From contig OZ024740.1 in the NCBI GenBank assembly GCA_964016885.1, positions 288,424,001 through 288,488,000 on the forward strand: a stretch of 64,000 nucleotides of DNA. The letters are read 5' to 3'. A program made the translations under genes and the position numbers. Each line of letters opens with the position of its first letter. Positions within the stretch are counted from its first letter, which is position 1. Source of the stretch: Eledone cirrhosa. Taxonomy: Eukaryota. Positions 1 to 11,245 of this stretch are shown here, piece by piece. The notes below the pieces were generated by a model that saw only the letters and a list, made by a program, of their open reading frames with translations, had not been told where the DNA came from and searched no databases.

Positions 1-216
1 ATCTAGTCACCCCACTACACCAGCCTGCTGCTTGGCTTTGATCTTCAAGTGGGGTAGGATGGGGCTACAGAACATTCTAGGTAGGCACCCTGTCTAATCA
101 GCAATAATTTTAAGGCAGAGTTTCGGAATAAGCATATCACTATAAATTTTCTAAATCTGACGGTGGACTACTGTAAAGTGTGTATGTGATCATAGACATA
201 CAATACCTCCCCTCCT

Positions 217-380
217 TTGTTGACAGACCTGACATTATTGTATCGCACCCTCACAAATTACACTAAACACTTTGTCCAATCCTTCCTTCCCAGAATTGCA
301 GCCCCCTGTAATTCCTGCCCATGTTTTTCCTACATTCATCAACCTACAGCTGTTGAAGTTGAACATCAACTATATCACCC
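217..380 (+). mobile_element. CR1/Zenon-like LINE 3' ORF2 remnant (frameshifted)
   Basis: Two overlapping frames join to HFVQSFLPRIAAPCNS/PAHVFPTFINLQLLKLNIN, matching the SFFPRTxxLWNxLPxxVFPxxxNLxxFK C-terminus of CR1-clade ORF2. Confidence 0.55.
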
Positions 381-746
381 CTACTGGTTTGAGAGGACCT
401 GCAGAAGCTATTAGGCATCTTCCCTTTTCTAAATGTAAATACCTTCTAAGTTAAGGATCAGATCTTATCTCTGCTTTTGTTGAGTGAAGAGAATTAAATA
501 ATTTTTACATGAACAAGAACACCATCTCAAGTAACATTGCCAAATGATCAGGTACCTAGTCCTAACTACTGCTAAGAGAACTGAGGCAATGTAGAATATA
601 CTATACTGTTTCAGAGTCTGTGATGAGAATTCCCCTGCATACCCTATAACAGGCAACATTCCAATATGAGTAAGTAGTTCAATAAACCAAATCAGTTGTA
701 ATAATTGAACTTAACGCTTTGCTGGGCTAGTGCATAATTCTGTCTT

Positions 747-996
747 TAGCCTTTGAATACAAACTCGCCTGAAACTGGCCCTGATTCTATGATGAAAGGC
801 CATTTGTTTAAAAGTGTTCCTGATCAAATTTAAACCTTCCATTATAATTTTATGTAAGAACTTTTGTTATGATCTAAACACCAACTTAATTATTATTTTA
901 AACATCATAGGTAGTGTCTTTTATTAGAAAAATTATTTTAAACATTGAAAATCATAGGTAGTGTCTTTTATTAGAAATATGGCAATGAAAGGGTTA
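747..996. mobile_element. piggyBac-type MITE (TTAA-CCCTTT family), degenerate
   Basis: Ends with aaagggttaa; internal sequence is shared with copies near 13766-14440, 45074-45267 and 63473-63705. Confidence 0.5.
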
Positions 997-1078
997 ATCT
1001 AACACTTTGCTCACCGCAAACTAACAAAATTCTCTCAGTTTGATAGGGTTGCTTACTGTGGTGAATACTACTACTATG

Positions 1079-1235
1079 TAGTAGAGGAAGACCACGAAAA
1101 CCATGGGCGAAGCTGATGAGAGCTGACCTCAGATCGCTGAAGCTCACAGAGGAGATGACGAATGGAGAGACGCTGTGCTGAAAAGGACCCGTCCCACCCT
1201 TGCAAGCAAGGAAAAGCAGAAGTAAAATGATGATG
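1079..1235 (+). mobile_element. RTE LINE 3' end fragment
   Basis: Translates RGRPRKPWAKLMRADLRSLKLTEEMT..EWRDAVLKRTRPT and is followed by a (TGA)n tail like the other RTE copies here. Confidence 0.7.
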
Positions 1236-2133
1236 TGAGTGGCAGGGTAATACCCGGAATCCGAGGAAATTGATACTGGTTATGTGAGGACAGCCTAGGA
1301 GTCCAAAGGAGTTTTCCTACAAGAGTTTGATAAATTCAGTTTTTAGACATTCATGGGCGCTGCATATCTTCTGCTAGGCCATAACATAATTTATAAATAC
1401 CACAGCATCAGGCTGGTGACAGGATACGAACTGCCGAATCTTCAGTTGTTCTTTAAGGAGAAGGAGCAGTGCCCATGACTCTTTTCAATGCCCCTGAGAC
1501 TGGCAAGAATAAAGTATCGTTACACTAGAGACCTTGTGCGAATGCTTACAATAGTCGAAGTCGCCAGAGGCATCAAAGGGCCAGGCGACGTTGTCTGATA
1601 GTTGTCTGATAACCTGTCAACTCAGCAAACCTATACTGATTATAGGATACAGAAATTAACAAAGTTTATTTTAAGGTGAATTATCTGATCAAGCAGACCT
1701 AATGTCACTAAGACTACAGTGTCCAGTGTGTCCTCTTTTTGAAAAAGTGTGGTGTGATTTGAGAGGCCTTAGCTTTTATCTCTAGCGAATCGAATAGCCA
1801 CATAAGGGATTCTTCGTTATGGTTGAGACTATTTCACTTGCAGCCGCAAGGGTTGGAATTAAATAGACACTAATGCTTGAAATTGCAAATCTAACGATCC
1901 CAGTCTTCAGTAACATATATACATGACACTGCTTATAATAAATAGCTTAATAGTAATTACTTCATTTATTCGGTGGGAAATATAACCTCCATCCGACTCC
2001 TGGTTTATTTGGTGAAGACACACTATTTACGAATGGTGTGTTTTTAACTTCTGATCAAAGGTAATCCGTGATCAAAGTTGTCTGTCCAACCAACCATGCC
2101 GTCCCTATTTTATTAGTTATTAAGGACATTATT

Positions 2134-2643
2134 GGTAAACTTTCGTTATTCGTACGTTGGAAATGAAAGTGAATTGACGACGGTACGTTAATTTAATTTC
2201 AGATTCAGTGCTTTAGTTTTAGATTTCAACCCACAAATTACGGAATTACATTTTTACTTTGTGTTATAAATAATTTTAACAAGGTAAATTACAAAATACG
2301 CAATACAAAACAATTTAATCTTTATAGAGACTAAAACGATTTTAATCCCCAGATTGTTTATAATTCTTACTGAATGAAAATATAAACACAAATAACATTT
2401 ATAGTATATGTAAGATCAAAGAAAGGATACTTGTTCATCAGCTGCCAAATAAACTCCTGCAGATATGTAGCAAACAGGTTATTATGTGTCCTTCAGATTG
2501 CTCTATATTTACATTTGACAATTTATCATACCCCTCCTTTTTTTAAAAATCTGTTTATTCAATCTGCATCTGGAACTAAATTAACATATCATCAATTCAT
2601 TTTCATATTCATCGTACCGATAACGAAAGACTAACGTCACCCC
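2134..2643 (-). mobile_element. Non-autonomous Merlin (IS1595/ISXO2-like) DNA transposon with transposase remnant
   Basis: About 70-bp diverged TIRs (2134-2208 vs 2564-2636), left end starts GG, flanking direct repeat cattatt (2127-2133, 2644-2650). Minus strand reads RTHNNLFATYLQEFIWQLMNKYPF, like the Merlin C-terminal GTxxxLFxxYLxEFxWR motif. Confidence 0.65.
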
Positions 2644-2929
2644 CATTATTTCATGTACTTTCCCCTTTTTTAATACGGTAACATGGAATTTGAGAGTAAT
2701 TTGGCTGCTATTTCAAGCATATCGAGCGACCACGCAGCGACTCCTTCATTGGTTCGTTGAGGGTTGTTCATAGATTTATAAGTATAATAGAGGGATTTTG
2801 TTGGATAAGTAAGTGAGGAATGTAGGGCAGTTGGTACTAAGAATAATGAACCCGCTCTGAATTGTGAAAACGACGTTGTGAATACGAAATACTTGCGTGT
2901 GCACGCACACGAACACAGACAGCCTCTGT

Positions 2930-3120
2930 ACATGGTTCATCTACTTATTAGAAATAGCAGCTAAATACTCTTTAAACCATACTATGCCATTTAAAAACTA
3001 AGATATATTAGATAATGTAGTTCTGGATACATCGAGAATATGATGGGAGATACATGACTGGAACACTTTGATCATATGTCTGTCTGATCAGGGCTGACCT
3101 GGGTCTAACTAAGAAAAACA
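2930..3120 (+). mobile_element. SINE-like interspersed repeat with (AAC)n tail
   Basis: Motifs tagaaatagcagc..tttgatcatatgtctg..ctgacctggg recur at about 1680-1820, 10484-10675, 12970-13170, 21940-22140, 46170-46320, 58130-58555 and 60295-60490. Confidence 0.55.
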
Positions 3121-4011
3121 CTCAGGCGCATTCATAAACGGTTATCTTACATAGGTTTGGACGATGAGTAGTGTAGTTATTTGATCCACTGAACTGCACA
3201 CTGACTGAATTATATAGCGTAACTATAACACAATCACAAGGACGACCTTTTGAATGATAGATACAGGCCATGCAGCCCTTCCAGGTGTACAGTCCATTCG
3301 AAAAGCTTACATTGCTTCAGTCTACTCAGTTTCATTTACAATGCCTGATTGCTATCAAGGCTATAGTAAAGATACTTGGTGAAAATATTGCGCTGTGACA
3401 TCGAATAAAGGATCTAATGATTGCTAAGCGAAAATCTTAACCACCCAAATTGGTCTCCAATTACACGCTACCATCTTTAAAAAGAGCAGGGCTCATGGGT
3501 TTATTGTATATTTATACAGTTATCTCCTCAGATACGCGTGTTATATCGAGAGAGAGTGTGTGTGTGTGCGGACGTCACCCACACATGTCAAACTCCCACT
3601 GTGTGTGTTTTGAGTATGAGGACACTCCACTAACAAAATTGTTAGTGAAAAAGCTTTGAAGTAGATTGTTTTGTCTTTACAATGACAGTGACATCTGTAT
3701 TTATGCGCGCGCGTGCACACACACTGTCTCTCTCTCTCTCATATTTGTAAGTATATAATATGTGTTCTGATTCAGTGTCCTAAATAATATTGAGGATAAT
3801 GATAATTGTAGCTGATAATGATAATTAGTAGCTGTAACTAACTATGCTACCATCTGTGGTATTGGTGCTGAATGTAGTAATGACTATAGGTCGGGATAAA
3901 TTGGAATCGAAACAGCTTCCACCATACATCGCCAGATATTGATTACTCAGGCCTACGAAGGATGACTACGTAGTTGCGTATCTACTAGAAATAGCATTTG
4001 GAAAATGTGAC

Positions 4012-4166
4012 CAATGTCGGATTTACCATTGTGCTTAGGTTTGGCCAGGGGGACCCTTTTTCTTGCCCCCCCCCTCTCCCCCAATTTTTTACTATGAATT
4101 TTTCATATATTTGGAGCCTCATAACTTAACTAGTGCAGGGCCTCATTTGTCCTAAATCCGACACTG
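4012..4166. mobile_element. hAT MITE
   Basis: TIRs caatgtcggattta / taaatccgacactg; exact 8-bp TSD aatgtgac on both sides. Confidence 0.85.
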
Positions 4167-5487
4167 AATGTGACCTAAATAATTATTTTCTTTTACGAGC
4201 TTTTGTCAATCATATTGATCCCAATACTTATTTCATCGATCTCTGTTTGCTGACCTGCTAAGTAAAAGAATCATTTTTCATGATTGTTTGTCTTAGAGAG
4301 ATAGACGTCCTACAAACAGTGGCGCATTAAAGTTAATATGATGTATGTAGCGTGCACTATAAAGGGACCCCTAAATTAAAAAAAAAAAAGTTTGTAATCT
4401 TGCTACTAGGTTTGTTCGGTACTGTCTACAAAACCGAAAGCTATTTGCAGAAAGATTGATAAATTAGTTTATCATCCATAGTAAATCTTACCTGTTCTAG
4501 CCATTTGGCTGAGGCCATGCGGGGTCACCAACGATTTTTAAAACAAGAGAAAATCTATAGTAAAGAAGAGTGTAGTGTAATACATTTTACGGTCCAGGTA
4601 ATAAAATAAAAGTAAGAGTTCAGAGTTTCGGATAGTGGCTCTTCGTCAAAAGAAAAAGAAAGTAAAGTGAGAAGAAATAAAACAAGGTTCGGCAACGGTT
4701 CTACGGTGGACGAAGCATATCCGTAAATTTTGTTCTGACAAACTTAGCTTTCAATCCTTAGTGTGCAACAATGTCCCTGTATCTCGGTTTTGTGTGTCTG
4801 TAAAATATAAGGATTTTCAAATAATTTTTTGTAACGTAAAGCACAGAAAGTGATATTTCAATAATTTGAAGAAAGCCTACTTTAAGTTGAACACAAACTC
4901 CTAACCAACACTTGATGTTTAAACTAACTCTACTTCAGGTAACCTCCTCACTAATCTGCTTCATTACTTAGTGCTCTCTCTCTCTTTCTTTCTTTCTCTC
5001 TCTCTCTCTCTCTCTCTCTCATTGTTTACTACTGTTTTGTAGCTGTGTTATGTTTTGATCTGGACACAGTTACGAAGCCGCAGATGTCAATAGATAACAG
5101 TACCGTTAACAATGTCTGCAATAACGTTGAACGAATTTAAGTTTTTGGAGTCCACGATTGGTATGCTATATATAGCAATATTACTAGATATATGAATAAT
5201 CATGCAAATCGAAGAATTTGTGTTTTGATAATTTTAGGGTTTTTCATAAGAGAAACCCTACAGTTTATATTGGTTAATACGTGGAAGTTTTTAAGATAAA
5301 AATATTTTGGTAAATTATTTCTAGAATATATTTACATAAATGCTCAGCATGTGTGTCCAAATGACATATAGGATTAAATGTATGAGTAACTTTGGAGAAA
5401 TAACTACCTACAGGGTCAAATGTAGGGTTAGGGCCCAGAACATTGTGATTGGGAAACGAACTTATTGTAGCAACATGACTGAGATAG

Positions 5488-5667
5488 CAGACCTGTCAAC
5501 TCTCCCCGTCCGGCGGGAAATCTCCCACCCACTTTGTGGTGGGTGAGATATGTCTTCTCTCGTGAAAGTGGGTATAGCTTTCACTATGTACAATCTCCCC
5601 TATTTTACCTCATTTCTCCCCGTTTCATGGTACTTCTCGGTCGGGTTTATAGTGGTTGGCAGGTCTG
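5488..5667. mobile_element. hAT-like MITE with 6-bp TSD
   Basis: TIRs cagacctgtcaac / gttggcaggtctg; direct repeat agatag at 5482-5487 and 5668-5673. Confidence 0.75.
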
Positions 5668-6038
5668 AGATAGGAAATGCGTTGTGCGCGTACATTTTAA
5701 AGTTACAGACGGATATTTGTGTCTGCATAAGTGGAGGAAAACATGTCTAAGTGGTATCAGGAGTCGTGTAACACGAAGATTGAGCATTTAAATAATATCA
5801 CGCAAGGTCGAAAAAATACAGTCTCCATTCAATATTTTGTGTTCTGGCCTGGTTTTGCAAGAGCAGAGCAGGCTTAGTGTCTCATAGAACACTAAAATGT
5901 GGAATAAAAACATAAATTTCTTTTGCCTTCATGCATTCTATATGTACATGACCTGAATAATTATATTCAACTCGCCCTACGGACTTGAGTTGCTCTACAC
6001 CTTTGATTTTTTTTACTTACCTATTACTACACTATATA

Positions 6039-6085
<47 letters not shown>

Positions 6086-6807
6086 CTAGCAGAATGGCCC
6101 GGCGCTGCTCGGGCTTCTAAACATAGATTGGCATGTTTATTCCTCCTTTCTGAAACAGTACAGAGAAGTACGGAATACCTCGGCCTGGGGATGGTGTCTA
6201 CATTTTGTGCTTATAAAAAAATTCGTCGTAGATTACCAGGGGTTTAACTTAATTGGGTACCTGGGAGTAAAATGTTCAATCCACAAAAGCCAAGACGATA
6301 AGATTAAGTAGAAAGGCATTCGACAAACCGAACATGTATTTGTTGTGCTATGGTACAATGAAAGGTGGAGAGCATGAAGGAATTTAGTTGGATACTTTTA
6401 AGGTTACAAAAATCTACCCAATCTGATATAGACCGAACTGTTATATCGGATGCCGAACGCTTCAGAATTACTATTGGGGTCACCGTCAACAATTTCAAGG
6501 GATGTACGTTTAAGTAGGGATAATATAGTCTACAAAGAGAGGTAACTCTTTCAAAATACTAAAGAATTGTCTCTCTTGAACATTGTAGACAAAATTGTCG
6601 ACAAAAAGGGTTTAAAGTTTTAGTATAAAAAACGCCTTTAACAACAGAAAATTGAAAAATAAAAGCTGCAGTTAATATCTTTAGACCGCAAGGAATATAT
6701 AAATACAAGTTTGAAGTCAATCGGAGTAGAAATGCGGATTTGTATAGACTTTGCAAAAATTAGGACACACACACACAGACAATTTCAGTTTTATATATAT
6801 GTATAGA
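6086..6807 (-). mobile_element. Non-autonomous Helitron
   Basis: Minus strand starts TCTATACATATATATAAAA and ends with hairpin cccgagcagcgccggg then CTAG; inserted between A and T with no TSD. Confidence 0.8.
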
Positions 6808-6922
6808 TAATAATCAAGTAAGACGGTAACGTTACTTGTTTATTATTATAATAAAACTCCAGATAAACATAATCCGTTGAGTGCTTGACATCTGTTATTT
6901 AAAATTCAATCAACCAACTTTC

Positions 6923-6999
<77 letters not shown>

Positions 7000-8256
7000 G
7001 CTGTGCCTATAGCCAATAGCGTGCGTGCCGAGATTGATGAGGTCAATGGGGTTTATGTAATCTGAAGTCTTCGTCTGCCGGAAATGCTGATTCCTACGAG
7101 GAGAGACATATGTTTAGGGTGTTTTTGGCTAAGCCTAGAGTAGCAGTGGATATTTTTAAAAAGATGGTCTCAGTTCACCTGTAGGACTTATCTCTCAGGA
7201 ATAGGATAGTATCCTGTCCAGACAGATTTGTCATCTGCTGGACACTTTCAGAGTTAACCAATTGTGTGTGGAGAGTAAGAGAGAAAGAAAGTGTGTGTGG
7301 GGGGGGGGGGTATTTCGCTTTATGCGTATAAAATGCAAACAGTAAAATGAAAATGCAAGGTACCTGCATTTTCGTTGTAAATCCTCGCGTTTTAAAAGTT
7401 TTAAATTGATAAACTGAAAGATTTATCTGAGAATTTTTTCGGTGCCGGCCAGCTTCCTCATAGCAAACTGTTCAGTCAATTAACTGAGACTGTCAGGTAT
7501 GAGTCCCCCAAATGAAAGAATCTTGCCTAAAGCTCCGATGACTGAAACGACGCTGTATGGAAAAAATGACATTTTACCATCTTAAAGTATGTGTATTTTC
7601 ATGGATATTATTTGTTCTAAATATGTGCATACAATGCTGTGTTTCTCTAACGATATATGTTTCTTTCTCTCTGCACATATCTTTTAAATTTAAATAATTG
7701 ATGGTCTGAACTAAGGTCCATTGAGCTTATTTATTGAGAAAGATGATCATCTAAGGCATTAAATATGTATTTATACCTCAACATATATATATATATATAT
7801 ATATATTGGAAAAGTAAATAACAACAACAAGTAGTTGCGTAAGATATTAGGTGTTAGGTATTAGGTTCACGCTCGGAATATCAGAAAGCAAAAACAGACA
7901 AACGCAGGAGTAAATGTTACAGATATTATTAATTTCACGCCTAGTGAGAGTGGGGGTGAGGTTGCTTTATATATATATATATATAGGTGGGGGGGGGGGG
8001 TTAAGAGTTATGCCAATAGCGTTTCAAGCTCAATGTAATTTCACAATCAGCAAGATAAGGCGAATCTTCTCATCACTGGTATAATCCGTAAAAGTGTTTA
8101 AGAATCAAAATTCGTATAAGTAAATCCGTCAAATCTATGAATGTGGTAGTACAGAGCACATAAATAAAAATGTAGTAAAGGCAAATATGAAATATTAAGT
8201 AATTTTATTCCTCTAACATATGTTTCTACAAAAATTACACGCACACATATATAAAT

Positions 8257-8295
<39 letters not shown>

Positions 8296-8299
8296 TAAT

Positions 8300-8645
8300 A
8301 TAATATAAGATCAAAAGATGGTTAAAAGAGTTCCATGTATTTTATTATGCGCATTTCAAAAACAAATATCATCATGCGATGACATTTGTGTTTTCATCAG
8401 ATAAAATAGGGAGACATGATATGAAGGTTAAAAAACACTTGTGAATAGTGCAGTTTTAAATCAATATATCATATGATATGTTGATTTAAAACTGCACTAT
8501 TCACAAGTGTTTTTTAACCTTCATATCATGTCTCCCTATTTTATCTGATGAAAACACAAATGTCATCGCATGATGATATTTGTTTTTGAAATGCGCATAA
8601 TAAAATACATGGAACTCTTTTAACCATCTTTTGATCTTATATTAT
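8300..8645. repeat. 346-bp spacer-less palindrome (Penelope-type inverted pLTR) carrying hammerhead motifs
   Basis: 8300-8472 is the reverse complement of 8473-8645, with one mismatch seen near the centre; flanked by TA repeats. Confidence 0.9.
8537..8607 (+). ncRNA. Minimal type-I hammerhead ribozyme (mirror copy on minus strand 8338-8408)
   Basis: Stem I tattttat/ataaaata; CTGATGA 8545-8551; 16-bp stem II with one mismatch and loop gcat; GAAA 8588-8591; palindromic stem III atgcgcat; AUA cleavage triplet. Confidence 0.8.
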
Positions 8646-9824
8646 TTATACTCCAGTCCTACAAACTGTAGAGTGCTACTTATCCGATATCTGCATTGCT
8701 TTATTGTACTACAATAAAACTCACCTCCTACATATATATATATATAAATGGAAAAGAATGAAACGAAATTTCATTTCTCACTCTTAGTACGGCTATATAT
8801 ATATATATATATAATCAGGATGGATTTAGTTTGAAGCTGGTTAGACCATTACCCACCAGATTAATCGATACTTGGGGTAGGAGAGTATGTTTATATGATA
8901 AAGAATCGGGACCCCGACGGCTGAGCTCTTTATATGTGTATGTGTATATATATATATTCCCGAGTTGTGTCGGGGTTTAACCACAGTAAAAAAAAAAAGG
9001 TACTTAATATATTGGTAGAGTATAGGAATTTTTTTATTTTATATAGAAATGAATTTTACAGGTCTAGAACTGTTTTATATGAATGGAACAGTTTTAGTCC
9101 TCTAGAAGTCTTTTCTGTATAAAATAATATATATATATATTTATTAGCACACCTGCACAGATATATGTATGTATATGTATATACGCACCCACATTCAACA
9201 TCTGACATATTCGCTCTACTTTTAACTTGTCACACTTCTTATATAGTATTGTGTGTGTGTGTGTGTGTGTAAGTCACCTAGATCAGACAATAATGTCTTA
9301 ATAGCTAGGCTGCCGTGACACTTTTAAACCGACTGTTAACCAAGTCCTGAACAACACGGTTAAGCTACCCGCCAATCAGTTAACCTAAACACATAAACAC
9401 AAATTCAACCCAACACCACACTCGCTCCCTGCCTGCCTACCCCTGTCAGGACTCCGTACACGCGCCCAGAGTGAAAGTTGCACATGCCTGCAAGTATTTC
9501 AATCAGGCGGGGATGTATTAGTCCCCCCCCCCCCTCTTTTTCTCCACTCTTTTCCTTACCGACTTGCAGCTGTCTCTATCAACGCAAGACTGACTTAACA
9601 TAATATACACACCATACGTATTTTACCTGCGCCCCCTTGCTTTCAAGGTGAATCAAGACTAGCTCATTATACACAGGGGTTTCTTCTTTTACTTATTGTT
9701 GCATGTTTTGTTTAGTTATTTATTTAAATTTAAGCATAAAAATAGACATTGGGACGGGGTGCTTTTTATTTATTTTACATTGTAATTTTAGTGGAGTATT
9801 TTTTTTATTTGATTGCTTCTTTCT

Positions 9825-9855
<31 letters not shown>

Positions 9856-9932
9856 ATAATAATAAATTTGAAGACTAAAATCCAAAGAGGGCTCGATAAG
9901 GATAAATATATATCAAATATATAAGAACCGTA

Positions 9933-9987
<55 letters not shown>

Positions 9988-10044
9988 TGACGAGACGAGC
10001 ATGGGTTTCACTGCTAGTACCGGTTGCATCTCAGCACACTCAAT

Positions 10045-10085
<41 letters not shown>

Positions 10086-11069
10086 AGAAGGATAGACTGC
10101 TACATAGATGTAAAGATATGAGAGAGAAATGTTATCAGACAAATAAATAGATAGAGAGACAGATAAGAGAGAGGAGTTTTGTCCACTCCACCCGTCTCTC
10201 CTTTCTTCTCTACATGTAAACTTTTCGAAGTTCGGTAGAAATCTGGGTCATACCAGCCACAAAGTAGTAGTCAGTACTCTTATTCACTCATTCATTTCAC
10301 CTCCCTTTCCTCAAATCATTCAGTAAGTTCTCTTTCTGGTATGCTTTTGGTGTTGGGGCTGAATGAGCAAACCGCTGCCAAATGATGCCTTTACCTGTGT
10401 GATGTGGGTGTGGTCTTGTGTATAGATGGCCGTGGTGTGTAATGGAGTGCAAATAATGTAATGTGTGTAATGGCCTGTAAATTGTTGTTTAGTTCTAATT
10501 GAGCAGACCTATAAGGCGTTCCAACCAGGACCATCCGTTTTTTTTTTTTTTTTTTTTTTTTTAAGAATTAAATTATCCAATGCTCTTTCCTTTCCCCAGG
10601 CATGATATTAATTTGTGCAGTTGAGCGAGATTTTGCTACTATTTCTAGCAGATCAAGTGATAACGTCGAGGCTCCTTTAATTTTAGTGCAGTGTGTAGAG
10701 TGCCTGAACTGTGAACTGGTTTAAATAGTTGTTGTTTTTTTTTTTGGGGGGGGGGGGTCTTTTTGTAAATTTATTGCTTTTGTATATCATTGATTTCTAG
10801 GTTGGGGTCCTATTTAGATGATTTTTACATAAACAAGAATGTTAAGATTTTTTTAGAATAAATGACTCAGAAGATAAGGTATTGGGGTATCTTCATTTTG
10901 TCATACCTTCAAATCTACTGCTGGCCATCTGTTCAGTTTGTGCACTAGATAGGATAGATAGATAGATAGACAGACGTAATCAGTATATATAAAAGAATGT
11001 AGAAACCCAACTGAAATGTATTAAAGAGATGAAGACTGAATACATTTGGTATATAAGTAGATCTCCCCC

Positions 11070-11245
11070 CCCCCCCCTTCAGTCACGAATGACTATGGGT
11101 TTGCAGCTGGAAAGTTCCCCCTTTGAGGCACAAGCTTGGGCAAGGTGTCTTTTATATAAAAGACCAGCAACTGCCCATGCATACCAGACTCCCCTTACCA
11201 CACTACCGATGTTGTCCAAGGGAAAGGCAAAGGCCAATACATTTA
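11070..11245 (-). mobile_element. tRNA-derived SINE, 3' part (family of 18178 and 54004)
   Basis: Reverse complement matches ccttggacaacatc..ggtatgcatggg..gggaactttc..ccatagtcattcgtgac. Confidence 0.7.

Noticed and set aside
4615-4655. Hammerhead-like ttgacga..gaaac on minus strand (similar weak cases at about 8010-8085, 9995-10045, 29760-29795, 55495-55520)
   Set aside because: Core or stems are broken; probably decayed PLE ends but not supportable individually.
9618-9680. U1 snRNA-like start (ttttacctg)
   Set aside because: Not ATACTTACCTG, and no U1 stem-loops or Sm site follow.
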